A stretch of DNA of 64,000 nucleotides, taken from contig CAWDML010000001.1 in NCBI GenBank assembly GCA_963803435.1, positions 2,816,001 through 2,880,000 on the forward strand, in the 5' to 3' direction. The DNA comes from an uncultured delta proteobacterium (GTDB lineage: Bacteria; Myxococcota; Kuafuiibacteriia; Kuafuiibacteriales; Kuafuiibacteriaceae). Positions within the stretch are counted from its first letter, which is position 1, and the number at the start of each line of letters is the position of its first letter. The notes under the pieces were generated by a model, which saw only the letters and a program-made list of their open reading frames with translations, searched no databases and had not been told where the DNA came from. The translations under genes and the position numbers were made by a program. Shown here one piece after another: positions 48,013-58,190 of this stretch.

Positions 48013-50628
48013 GGTGGATGAGCCTCGCGCTCTCGGTCCTGACGGTCGTCGTGGGTGCACGCCCGGCCCACGCCCAGGACGAGCCGCCGATCACGAAGCT
48101 GCCCCAGCCGAAGCGCGAGGTCGAGGCGATCTACCCGGCGGCCGCGCTGAAGGATCGAGTCTCGGCGACCGTGACGATGGCGCTCGACCTCAGCGCCGAG
48201 GGTCGCGTCGAGGCGATCACGGTGGTCTCCACCGCCACCCGGGCCGAATCGACGGTCTCCTCGACGATCGCCGACTACGGCTTCGTCCGCTCGGCCACCA
48301 CCGCGGTCGCGTCCATGGAGTTCGAGCCGGCCGAGGCGGGCGGCGTGCCGGTGCCGGTGCGCATCGGCTACACGTATCGCTTCGTCCTGCCGCCGCCGCC
48401 GCCGCCGCCCCCAGCGATCTCGATGACCGCCACCGCCGCAACGCCGACGCCCCGGGTCGAGAACTTCACCGGCGTGATCCGGGAGCGCGGCACGCGCAAG
48501 CGCTTGGCCGGCGTGGTGGTGACGGTCTTCCGCGAGGAGAAGGGCTTCGAGGACGTGACCGACGCCGAGGGCGCGTTTCACTTCTACGATCTGGCGCCGG
48601 GCGAGTGGCGCGTGCTGGCCGAGGTCGACGGCTACTATCCGTTCCGCACCGCCGAGACCCTCTCTGCCACCGAGCAGGTCGACGTCACCTACTATCTCGA
48701 GAAGGGCTCCTACAACCCGTACGACGTGCTCGTGGAGGCGAAGCGCCCGGAGAAGGAGGTGAACCGGAGGACGCTCACCGTCGCCGAGATTCGTGAAGGT
48801 CCCCGGCACGCTCGGCGATCCCATCCTGGTGGTGGAGAACCTCCCGGGCGTGGCGCGCCCGCCGCTCGGCAGCGGGAACATCGTGGTGCGCGGCTCTGGG
48901 CCGGAGAACACCGGCGTCTATCTCGACGGCGTCGAGGTCCCGCTGATCTATCACTTCGGCGGCCTGCGGAGCGTGGTGCCCTCCGACGTGATCGAGACGA
49001 TCGACTTCTTCCCGGGAAACTTCCCGGTCTACTACGGGCGCGTCACCGGCGGCGTCTTCGACGCCCACATCAAGCGGCTCCACCCCGATCAGGTCCACGG
49101 CTCCCTCGACGTGAGCCTGCTCGACACCGGCCTCTACCTCGAGGCGCCCATCACCGACACGCTGGCGGTCGCGGTCGCCGGCCGGCGCAGCTACATCGAC
49201 GGGATCCTCAACGCCGTCGTGCCCGACGACTCCGACGTCTCGCTGGTGGCGGCGCCGCGCTACTACGACTACCAGGTCCTCGCGGACTGGCGGCCCGCCG
49301 ACGGCCACTCGATCCGGGGCGTGTTCCTGGGCTCGAACGATCAGATCAAGCTCCTGTTCCGGGATCCCTCGGATCTCGACGCCCAGCTCTCCAGCGGCGA
49401 CATCAGCGCCAAGACCGAGTTCAACCGGTTCTACGCGATCTACGAGTACGCGCCCTCGACCGCGCTCACGAACGAGCTGCGCTTCGCGGTGGGCCGGGAT
49501 CGGATCGATACCTCGTTCTTCAGCGACTTCTTCTTCCTGATCGACTTCTACACCTTCCAGCTCCGCGACAACTTCCGCTGGAAGGTGCTCGACAACCTGG
49601 CGCTGACCTTCGGCGCGGACGGCGTGTACCGGATCGTCGACATCGCGATCCGCGCGCCGCTGCCACCCAAGGAGGGCGACGTCGGCGGCCAGGACGACCT
49701 CCAGGACGCCCGCGAGATCCACCTCGACAACATCGACGATCCCGAGGGCGGCCTCTACGTGGACGCCGAGTGGAAGCTGCTCGATCAGCTCACGCTGGTC
49801 CCGGGGATCCGGGCCGACTACTACCATCGGGTCCGCTCGTTCGGCGTCGACCCCCGCCTGGTGGCCCGCTGGGACTTCCTGCCCGGCTTCACCGCCAAGG
49901 GCGGCGTCGGCGTGGTGCACCAGCAACCGTCCGGCGACGAGACCGACGCGACCTTCGGCAACCCGGACCTGGGGCTGGAGAGCGCGATCCAGTACTCGCT
50001 CGGCGGCGAGTGGCACCCGACCGACTACCTCAGCGTCGACCTGACGCTCTTCTACAACGACCTGCGGGACCAGGTGAGCCGCGCCGGCAACCAGACGCTC
50101 TACGACAACGGCGGCAAGGGCCGGAGCTACGGCCTGGAGCTCTTCGTGCGCCACGACTTCCACAACAACTTCCGCGGCTGGCTGAGCTACACGCTGAGCC
50201 GCGCCACCCGCACCGAGTCGGGCGAGACCGACGAGCGCCTCTTCACCTACGACCAGACGCACATCCTCAACATCAACCTGTCCTACGTCTTCCCCGCGAA
50301 CTGGGAGGTCGGCCTCCGCTGGCGGCTGGTCTCCGGCAACCCGTACACGCCCGTGGTGGGCGGCGTCTTCCTCTCCGACTTCGATCGCTTCTCGGCCGTG
50401 CCCGGCCCGGTGAACTCGGCGCGCCTGCCGCTGTTCCACCAGCTCGACCTCCGCGTCGAGAAGCGCTGGGTGTTCGACTGGTGGTCGGTCAGCGCGTACA
50501 TCAGCCTGATCAACACGTACAACCGCGGCAACGTCGAGGCGATCAACTACGACTTCGACTTCTCCCAGTCGAAGGCGGTCACCGGCCTGCCCATCCTCCC
50601 GATCCTCGGGATCCGAGGTGAGCTGTGA
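48009..50628 (+). CDS. TonB-dependent receptor with N-terminal TonB-C domain (+1 frameshift near 48791)
   Basis: TonB-C domain, poly-Pro linker, carboxypeptidase-regulatory-like domain, plug (VPGTLGDP...LPGVAR, VRGS, YGRVTGG), barrel ending LPILPILGIRGEL. Confidence 0.88.
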
Positions 50629-51266
50629 TGCAAGTTGGATTGACAGCGATGATGCTGGCCGCGCTGGTCTCGCAGACCCAGAGCGACGTAGAGCTGGTGA
50701 AGCCGAAGAGCCGCCAGGGCTTCTTCCTCGGCCTCGGCCTCCGCTCCGGGGTGATGCTGGCGAACGCCGATCCGGTCGGCGGTCTCGGGATCCTGCAGGG
50801 CGGCCTCTTCAACTTCCGCTTCGGCCAGATGGCGAACGACACCATCGGCTTCGGCCTCTCGCTCGACTTCGGCGGCGGCCGCAGCAAGGACTGGACGACC
50901 GGCCTGGGCGCACTCTCGGTCACGTTCAACCTGGCGCCGTTCGAGAAGATCAACCTCGCCTTCCACGCCGCCGTCGGCCCCGGGTTCGTCGCCGTCACGC
51001 GCCGCGACGAGGCCGAGGCCCGCGACGACGACCCCACCGGCGGCTACGGCGCGCTCTACACCCTCGGCGTCACCTACGACTGGTTCCCCTGGCACGGCCC
51101 CAAGAAGAGCGGCGGCTTCGCGCTCACGACCTACGTGGAGGGCCGCATCTTCCCCACCGGCGACATCGTCGCCGGCGGCCTGTTCGCCGGCGTGGAGGTG
51201 GCCTACTGGTTCGGCTACGGCAAGAACCGCTTGGACCTCGACGTCGACGACGCGTTCAAGAAATGA
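50625..51266 (+). CDS. Hypothetical small outer-membrane beta-barrel-like protein
   Basis: Signal peptide, RQGFFLGLGL, alternating amphipathic strands. Confidence 0.6.
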   Translation: MMQVGLTAMMLAALVSQTQSDVELVKPKSRQGFFLGLGLRSGVMLANADPVGGLGILQGGLFNFRFGQMANDTIGFGLSLDFGGGRSKDWTTGLGALSVTFNLAPFEKINLAFHAAVGPGFVAVTRRDEAEARDDDPTGGYGALYTLGVTYDWFPWHGPKKSGGFALTTYVEGRIFPTGDIVAGGLFAGVEVAYWFGYGKNRLDLDVDDAFKK

Positions 51267-51468
51267 GGGCCCCTCTGAGCTCATCCCACCCCGGGCCGAA
51301 TGGCTCGACCCAAGAAACCGCAACAGCGCGGTGAAATAGCCGCCCGCGAGGAGGCGTTTCGCCCGGCCCTGACCGCGACCCGCCCGGGGCTGTCACGAGG
51401 TGCCCGAAACGAGCGGCGAATGAGCCGCAACGCGCCCGTTCGCTCCACCGAAAATTCAGGAGGTCGCC

Positions 51469-53223
51469 GTGCGCTCGTCCCGACTCCACCCCTGGGTCCG
51501 AACCGCGACCTCCGCCGTTCGTCGCGCGCTCCGCCAGGACGCGCAGCCGCTCCTCCAGCCCGACGTGCCCGCGTCCCGCACCACGCTCCGGAAGCTCCTC
51601 GAGCCCGGCCGGGTGGGGACCACCGCCGTTGGGACCGTGCAGGGCGAGCTCCGCCTGAGCACGCTCGCCTCGGGTCGCGGTCCGCTGGCCGCCAAGACCG
51701 AGAAGCCCGTGCTGGTGGCCGCGAACGGCTCGGGCGTACCGTCGATCTTCACGCTCGATCTGTCGCCCGAGATCGCGAAGGCGCACGCGGGCGAGTGGGT
51801 CGCGGTGCATGGAGAGGTCCACAAGACCAACGAGTTCGGAGGACGGATCGAGAAGGCGCGGCTGACCCCGCCCGAAGACAGGTGGGGTCACGTCGAGATC
51901 GCGCCGAAGGACGTCCACGAGGCGCTCGGTCAGGTGATGCTGGTCGACGGTTATCCGCTGGTGTTCGACGTCGAGAAGAGCCACGGCCAGTGGCTCCACG
52001 ATTCGAGGAGCGGGCGTGACTTCCTCGACATGTTCACGTTCTTCGCCTCGAGGCCGGTCGCGTTCGATCACCCCGGTCTGCTCGATCCCGCCTACCAGAA
52101 GCGCCTCGCCACCGCCGCGCGTATCAAGCCCAGCAACAGCGACATCTACACCACCGAGCTCGCCTCCTTCGTCGACGCCTTCCGCCGCCTCGCGATGCCG
52201 CCGGAGATGGCGCACCTCTTCCTGATCGAGGGCGGCTCGGCCGCGGTCGAGAACGCCTTGAAGGCGGCGTTCGACTGGAAGACCCGGAAGAACCAGGCGG
52301 CGGGGAGCAAGGTCGAGGCCGACGTGGTCATCCACCTCGAGCGGGCCTTCCACGGGCGCGGCGGCTACACGCTGTCGCTGACCAACACCGATCCGAAGAA
52401 GACCAAGCTCTTCCCCAAGCTGACCTGGGAGCGCGTGCGATCGCCGGGGCTCCACTTCCCGATCGACGCCCGTGAGATCGAGCGCGTTCGCGGCGAGGAG
52501 CAGGCGATGTTCCAGCAGCTCGACGAGATCTACCAGCGGATCGGCAAGGAGCGGATCGCGTGCATCGTGGTCGAGCCGATCCAGTCCGAGGGCGGCGACA
52601 ACCACTTCCGCAAGGAGGTGTTCGAGCACCTGCGGAACATCTGCGACACCCGCGACGCCCTGTTGGTCTTCGACGAGGTGCAGACCGGCATGGGCGCGAC
52701 CGGCACCATGTGGTTCAGCGAGCAGACCGGCGTGATGCCGGATCTGATCTCGTTCGCCAAGAAGGCGCAGACCGGCGGCATCATGGCGTCGCGCCGCCTC
52801 GACGAGGTCGAGAACAACGTCTTCAGCGAGTCCTCGCGGATCAACAGCACCTTCGGCGGCAACCTGGTCGACCAGGTGCGCGCCACCCGCTTCCTCGAGA
52901 TCATCCACACCGAGAACCTCCTCGAGAACGTGAAGCAGCAGGGCGCCTATCTGCTCGAGCGCGTGACGGCGTTGGCCGCGGCCCACCCGGACCTCCTGGA
53001 CAGCCCCCGCGGCGAAGGCACCCTCCAGGCGTTCGACGTGCGGACGCCCGAGCTCCGCAACGCGATCATCGCGCTCGCCTACGACGAGGGCCTCCTGGTC
53101 CTCCCCTGCGGCCAGCGCTCGATCCGACTCCGCCCCGCGCTCGACGTGACGCGGGAGGACTGCGCCACGGCCATGGACATGCTCGAACGCGCGGTCAGAC
53201 GCGCGCGCCTCACGGACCGGTGA
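51469..53223 (+). CDS. lat: L-lysine 6-aminotransferase with N-terminal extension
   Basis: DMFTFFAS, KPSNSDIYT, AVENALKAAFDWK, AFHGRGGYTLSLTNT, EPIQSEGGDNHF, DEVQTG, FAKK. AGGAGG RBS before GTG 51469. Confidence 0.9.
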   Translation: MRSSRLHPWVRTATSAVRRALRQDAQPLLQPDVPASRTTLRKLLEPGRVGTTAVGTVQGELRLSTLASGRGPLAAKTEKPVLVAANGSGVPSIFTLDLSPEIAKAHAGEWVAVHGEVHKTNEFGGRIEKARLTPPEDRWGHVEIAPKDVHEALGQVMLVDGYPLVFDVEKSHGQWLHDSRSGRDFLDMFTFFASRPVAFDHPGLLDPAYQKRLATAARIKPSNSDIYTTELASFVDAFRRLAMPPEMAHLFLIEGGSAAVENALKAAFDWKTRKNQAAGSKVEADVVIHLERAFHGRGGYTLSLTNTDPKKTKLFPKLTWERVRSPGLHFPIDAREIERVRGEEQAMFQQLDEIYQRIGKERIACIVVEPIQSEGGDNHFRKEVFEHLRNICDTRDALLVFDEVQTGMGATGTMWFSEQTGVMPDLISFAKKAQTGGIMASRRLDEVENNVFSESSRINSTFGGNLVDQVRATRFLEIIHTENLLENVKQQGAYLLERVTALAAAHPDLLDSPRGEGTLQAFDVRTPELRNAIIALAYDEGLLVLPCGQRSIRLRPALDVTREDCATAMDMLERAVRRARLTDR

Positions 53224-53298
53224 CCCCGCTCGCGCGCACGCGAGGACGATCAAGGTGAGCATGATCACGGTTGCACCCAATCACGGCCACCTCCGCGC

Positions 53299-54417
53299 TC
53301 AATCAAGGCGCGTGCCGGCCCGGTGCCGCGTCCGGTCAGCTCCCAGTGCTCGTGAGAGCAAGGCCTCGGTGATCTCGCCGGCGGGCGCCGCCTCCAGCGC
53401 GGCCTGCGCGACGGCGGCGCGGATCCGGCCGGGGCTCAAGCCCTCGGCCGCGGGCGCCAGCGACGCCGGATCGAAGCCGCCGGCCAGCGGGAGGTCCTTC
53501 GTGAACCTTCGGAGCAGCTCGGCGCGGGCCTCCAGCGACGGCGGGGGGATCTCGACCGCAGGCCCGAAGCGACCGGAGGCGATCAGGGCGGGATCGACCA
53601 GGTCCGGTCAATCCGTGGTGGCCACCACGGCGATCGCGAGTTTCGACTCGGCGATCGAGGTCATGGCGTCGAGGAGGGAGGAGAGCGCCGCGTCGCCGTC
53701 CCCGCCGCCGCGGGTGCGTGCGAAGACTTCGACACCGTCGATCGCGACGATCACCGGCGCCTGCTTCCGCGCGGCGCCGAACAGATCCCGGAGGCGCACA
53801 GCCCCCGTCCCGCCCGCGCCTCGAAGACACAGCATCGGCACACCCGCCTCCTTCGCGATGGCGTCGAGGAGCATCGACTTGCCGCAGCCGGGCGCGCCCG
53901 TCACCAGGAGCCCGGGCAGATACGCCGAGCGGGCGCGAAGCCCCGCGATCAAGCGCTGCGCCCGCGCAGTGGCCGCCTCGGCGCCGACCAGCGCCGAGAA
54001 ACCGGAGCCTTTCTGAGGGACGGGCTCGAACACCTCGGGCCTCCGCCTCAGGAAAAGGACGGAGAAGAGAACCGAGAAGAACAGGAGCGGCGGTCCAGTA
54101 CGCTCGAGCCACGACGGCTTCACGGACAGCTGAACCGTGACCCCGAAGTCGTCGAGCTGATCGAGGGTGGGACGGTCGATCAGCCCCTGGGTCTGGAAGC
54201 GGCGGCCGTCGTTGGTCGTCAGGACAATCGAGGCCAGCCCGCTCTTCTCGCCGAGCTCGATCTGCGCGCTCTCGAGCGTGCCCGACTCCGCCATCTCCAT
54301 CATCTCGGACATGGTGGTCTTCGCGTTGTCGCGAGGGCGGTCGCCGGCGAGCTGGTAGGCGCCCCAGACCACGAAGAGCAGCAGCAGCGCGATGAGCCCG
54401 AGCCGGGGACCCCTCAC
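53299..54417 (-). CDS. FtsH-like membrane AAA protein without protease domain (in-frame TGA at 53608-53610)
   Basis: TM-periplasmic-TM, GAPGCGKS, RLRDLF..ARKQAP. Reading through TGA gives TTD*PDLVDPALIASGRF and continues to a stop at 53299. Confidence 0.72.
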
Positions 54418-55868
54418 GGTTCCACCAGCCTGTCGGCACGGGCCCGGTACGCCGCGGCCTCCCGGTCCGGAGCCACGCGTGCCATCAGCTCGAGCGCGTT
54501 CCCCTCGAGGAGATCGAGCGCGCCGAAGCCCCCGGCCTCGTCCTCTGCGCGGAGCGCCTGCACGCACTCGAGACAGCGGGCGAGGTCGGAGAGGCCCTGG
54601 GGCCGCGCGCCCAGGAACTCGGGCGTGGCCAGCAACACGCGCCCGATCAAGAGCCGGGCGCGAGCCTCCACCAGGAGCGGGGCGCCGCCGATCGCGCGGG
54701 CCGTCTCGTACGAGGAGAAGGCGCGGGCCAGATACCCGATCAGCTCGGTGCTCGACTCGAGCTCGCGGAAGTGCTCGCGGACGCGGATCAGCGACAGCGA
54801 GCCCCAGAGCGCCTCCACGAACGGATCCGGAGCCTCGAGCGCCTCCCGGGCATGCTCGAGCACGGGGAGGGCCTCGTCGGGCCGGTTCGCGTGCACCAGC
54901 GCCTCCGCATACATGATCCGAACCTGCAGGTTGGCTTGCGCGCGTCCTCTCAGGCGCCGGAAGAGCTCGACCACCTGGGCGTGATCGCCGACCTGGACCA
55001 GGTGCTCGAACAGCGCGCGCACCGCCTCGACCTCGTCAGTGCGCTGCTCGAAGCGAGCCATCAGCTCGGCCTTGTGCGCCGGTTCACCGCGCGCCTCCCG
55101 GACGCGGCGCGAGAGCGGGCGGAGGAGCCTCTCCCCCCGCTCCGAGCGCATCACACCCTCAATCGCCGGCATCATCGACTCCACCTCCTCGCGGAGTCGG
55201 CGGGCCCTGGCCACGCCGAGGAAGCGGCTGATCGTCTCGCGCCCGCCCTGGAGCACCTCGAGCACGTGGTGCGGATCGCCCTCGCCCAGGATCCGGCTGA
55301 AGAAGTGCGAGACCTCCTCGCGCACCAGATCGCTCATGTGGCGCTCGAGGATCTCGAAACGTTCGAGGACGAGCGCTTCGGTCCCGGCCCCGGCCTCCTC
55401 CACGGCCTGCCTCAGGATCTCGGCCACGCGGACGTCCTCGTAGCCGTAGCGCTTGGTGCGACCGCTCTCGACCGGGCGGAGCAGCTTCGCCTCCTCGTAG
55501 GCCGCGATCCGTTTCTCGGAGAGGCCGCTGCGCTCGGCCAGCTCCTTCCGGGTGAGCGGCTCGAACTGCGCCCGCGCCCCCTGGCCGAACAGATCGCCTG
55601 CCAGGTCGAGGTGCCGGGCCGAGGTCCCCAGCTTGCCCTCCTTCATCACCTGCTTGATCACGGTGAGCGGGAGATAGCTCTCGGTGCGCAGCCGCTTGAT
55701 CAGCTTGAGCTGCTCGACGTGCGTCTCGTCGTAATAGGCCATGTTGCGGCTGGTCTTCTTCGGCCGCCGCAACAAACCCTCTCGAAGGTAGAAGTGGATC
55801 GTCTCCTTGGTGGTCCCCGAACGGCGCGCGAGCTCTGCGATCCGCATGCCTGGGGCGCGGGCGGCCAT
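54414..55868 (-). CDS. MerR-family regulator with two HTH domains and TPR-like tail
   Basis: MRIAELARRSGTTKETIHFYLREGLL, second TRKELAERSGLS...YEEAKLL. Confidence 0.85.
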   Translation of the reverse strand: MAARAPGMRIAELARRSGTTKETIHFYLREGLLRRPKKTSRNMAYYDETHVEQLKLIKRLRTESYLPLTVIKQVMKEGKLGTSARHLDLAGDLFGQGARAQFEPLTRKELAERSGLSEKRIAAYEEAKLLRPVESGRTKRYGYEDVRVAEILRQAVEEAGAGTEALVLERFEILERHMSDLVREEVSHFFSRILGEGDPHHVLEVLQGGRETISRFLGVARARRLREEVESMMPAIEGVMRSERGERLLRPLSRRVREARGEPAHKAELMARFEQRTDEVEAVRALFEHLVQVGDHAQVVELFRRLRGRAQANLQVRIMYAEALVHANRPDEALPVLEHAREALEAPDPFVEALWGSLSLIRVREHFRELESSTELIGYLARAFSSYETARAIGGAPLLVEARARLLIGRVLLATPEFLGARPQGLSDLARCLECVQALRAEDEAGGFGALDLLEGNALELMARVAPDREAAAYRARADRLVEP

Positions 55869-55877
55869 CTCCCGCTC

Positions 55878-57410
55878 TCAATACGACAGGCGGTACGCGA
55901 CGTACAGTTGATCCGTGTTCGAGTACCGCTGACCGTAGCTGCCGTCCTTGCCCTCGATCGCCATGCCGCCCAGCATCACCTGATGGGCGTCCGTGATCAT
56001 CCAGCGCACGCTCGGCAGCAGCAGCAGATCGCCGCGCAGGGTCGCCGAGGCGCCCAGCTCGAAGCGGAGATCGCCGTCCAGGATCGAGTAGCGGATGGCG
56101 CCGGCGAAGCCCGGGAAGACCACGGTCCGGTCGCCCGGATCCTCCGGCAGCGCCTGGTCGGCCTCGAAGAAGATCAGCCGATAAGACGAAGGCACGTCGA
56201 AGATGGTGAACGCGAAGAGCTCCAGGATCACCTGGAGCGAGTCACCGTTGAAGTACTCGATCCCGAACACCGCGTCGAGCCACGGGCGGGACTTGGGCTC
56301 GATCGACTGGGTGTAGACCGTGTGCTGGAAGCTGTAGGCGACGTCGAGCTTGAGCACGATCGGATCGAGCGCGAGGACCGCATCGAACCCCAGCACCGAG
56401 CGGCGCAGATACGTGCCCTTGGCGAGCTTGCGACCCGAGTCGACCGCCTCGCGGATCCGCTGGATCGCGTCGAGCACCGGCTGATCCGTCAGCGGGAATG
56501 ACTCCCCGGCGGCCTTCGCCTCGGCGAAGGTGTTGGCGATGAACAGCAGGTCGTCGTCCACCACGATCGCGGGGAGCGTGTCCCAGCCGTAGACGGCGTT
56601 GAGGGAGAGATCGAAGATGCCGCCCAGCGAGAGCGTCGCGCGCCCCGCGACCGTGGCGTTCCCCGGGTGGTCGGAGGGCCGGTCGGTGGCCAAGAGCTCG
56701 TTGCCCAGCTCATCGATCGCCGCGTCGGAGAAGAAGTAGTCGATCGGAAAGTCCGAGCGGAGCGGGAACACGCCGGCCTGGAGCGCCGAAAAGTCCCAGG
56801 CGGCCAGGTGGAAGCGGGAGGCCGTGAAGAACGGCTCCACCACCGCGCGCAGCGTCAGGGGACCGAACGTTCCTGCGCCCTCAATCGCGAGCACCGGGAT
56901 CTTGGCCTCGTCGGAGAAGCCGAGGATGCTCCGCCGGTAGTCGACCGGGTTGAGGACGTCGTTCGGTCCGATGATGTCGCTCGGGCCCCAGCTGAACACG
57001 AGCGCGCCCGCGCGGAGCACGAACGGCCCCTCGGCCCAGCTCACGTAGGCCTCGGGGGTCATCAGGTAGAGGAATTCGCGATCACCGCCTTCGCGGTCGA
57101 TCGCCCCCACCCACTGGAAACTGGGCGCCGCGTAGACCTTGATGCTGTCGGCCAGCTCGAGATCGAGGTCGAGCCGTCCGCCGAGCCAGAGCTCGCCCAC
57201 CTGCTCACCTCTGCGATCGAAGCTAGTGTCGACGGCGATGCGCGTATCGAACCGCATGGCGGCGCGGGCGTGAATGTCCCAGAAGCTCGACGGGCTCTCC
57301 TTCACGGCGGGCGGCGGCGACGGCGGCGTGTCGTCGATGATCACGATCTGATCCTCGGTCGTGGTGGCCGTCGAGGACGTGCCGATCACGAGCGCGAGGA
57401 GAAGATTCAT
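55878..57410 (-). CDS. Outer-membrane protein (DUF1302-like)
   Basis: EAYVS, RAG...SWG.SD...PNDVLNP.D, C-terminal Y..TDQLYVAYRLSY. Confidence 0.65.
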   Translation of the reverse strand: MNLLLALVIGTSSTATTTEDQIVIIDDTPPSPPPAVKESPSSFWDIHARAAMRFDTRIAVDTSFDRRGEQVGELWLGGRLDLDLELADSIKVYAAPSFQWVGAIDREGGDREFLYLMTPEAYVSWAEGPFVLRAGALVFSWGPSDIIGPNDVLNPVDYRRSILGFSDEAKIPVLAIEGAGTFGPLTLRAVVEPFFTASRFHLAAWDFSALQAGVFPLRSDFPIDYFFSDAAIDELGNELLATDRPSDHPGNATVAGRATLSLGGIFDLSLNAVYGWDTLPAIVVDDDLLFIANTFAEAKAAGESFPLTDQPVLDAIQRIREAVDSGRKLAKGTYLRRSVLGFDAVLALDPIVLKLDVAYSFQHTVYTQSIEPKSRPWLDAVFGIEYFNGDSLQVILELFAFTIFDVPSSYRLIFFEADQALPEDPGDRTVVFPGFAGAIRYSILDGDLRFELGASATLRGDLLLLPSVRWMITDAHQVMLGGMAIEGKDGSYGQRYSNTDQLYVAYRLSY

Positions 57411-57422
57411 GTTCGCGGCGGG

Positions 57423-58190
57423 TCAGCGCTCGAGTGCGCGGCGGGTGAGCTCTTCTTCGGGGATGTTCGCCTGGAGATCGACCTGGAGCACCTGAAGCCG
57501 GGTGGATGTGTTCTTGTCCAGCGTCGCCATGACAGCGTCAGTCGCGAGCCAGCGGTCGCTCTTCTTCTCCAGCTTCTTCACGGTGAACCTCTTCTTCACC
57601 GTCTTCTTGTCCTTGTCGAAGAAATCGATCCGCATGGGCACCATGTACTTTTTTTGAACCCAGAAGATCGTCCGGCCGTAGTCTTCGCCGTCTGCGCGCT
57701 TGGGGACACCCTCGATCACGAAGCAGTCCTGACCGCCCACCGACTCGTCCGGGAGACGGTTCCACTCGGCGGCGTCCACCTGCCGGCCGTCGAGATCGGA
57801 GAACGAGAAGTCGGTCCCCATGAAGCTCTTGGTCCGCTGAGAGCCGACCACGCGCTTCACCTTCTTGAACGCAGGCAAATAGATGAACTGCTCGGCCTCG
57901 CTACCGTCCTGCTCCACTGAGAGGAACCGGGTGCCGGCCACGTCGGCCGGGGCCTGGAACTCGACGAACGAGCGGACCACCCCGTCCTTGCGCTTGATCT
58001 TGGTGATGATGCGGCGCGTCCTGCGGACCTTGCCCTCCTTGGAGACCTCGAGCTCGACCTCGGCCCGGGCGTTCGACGCCGAGAAGGTGTTGTTCTCGAG
58101 GGCGCGCGAGGCGATCTCCTTGGCGGTCTCGGCGGCGTGGGCGGGACCGACCGAGAGGAGGAGCACGAGGCTCGGCAGGAGGGGCTTCAT
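57423..58190 (-). CDS. LolA-like outer-membrane lipoprotein-sorting protein
   Basis: F.APADVAGTRFL, YLPAFKKVKRV, SFMGTDFSFSDL. Confidence 0.85.
   Translation of the reverse strand: MKPLLPSLVLLLSVGPAHAAETAKEIASRALENNTFSASNARAEVELEVSKEGKVRRTRRIITKIKRKDGVVRSFVEFQAPADVAGTRFLSVEQDGSEAEQFIYLPAFKKVKRVVGSQRTKSFMGTDFSFSDLDGRQVDAAEWNRLPDESVGGQDCFVIEGVPKRADGEDYGRTIFWVQKKYMVPMRIDFFDKDKKTVKKRFTVKKLEKKSDRWLATDAVMATLDKNTSTRLQVLQVDLQANIPEEELTRRALER

Noticed and set aside
51267-51468. Leader of lat as a lysine riboswitch
   Set aside because: No L-box conserved elements recognised.
53608-53610. In-frame TGA as selenocysteine or programmed read-through
   Set aside because: The position corresponds to Arg of the TNRPD motif, not Cys, so a CGA-to-TGA change is simpler.
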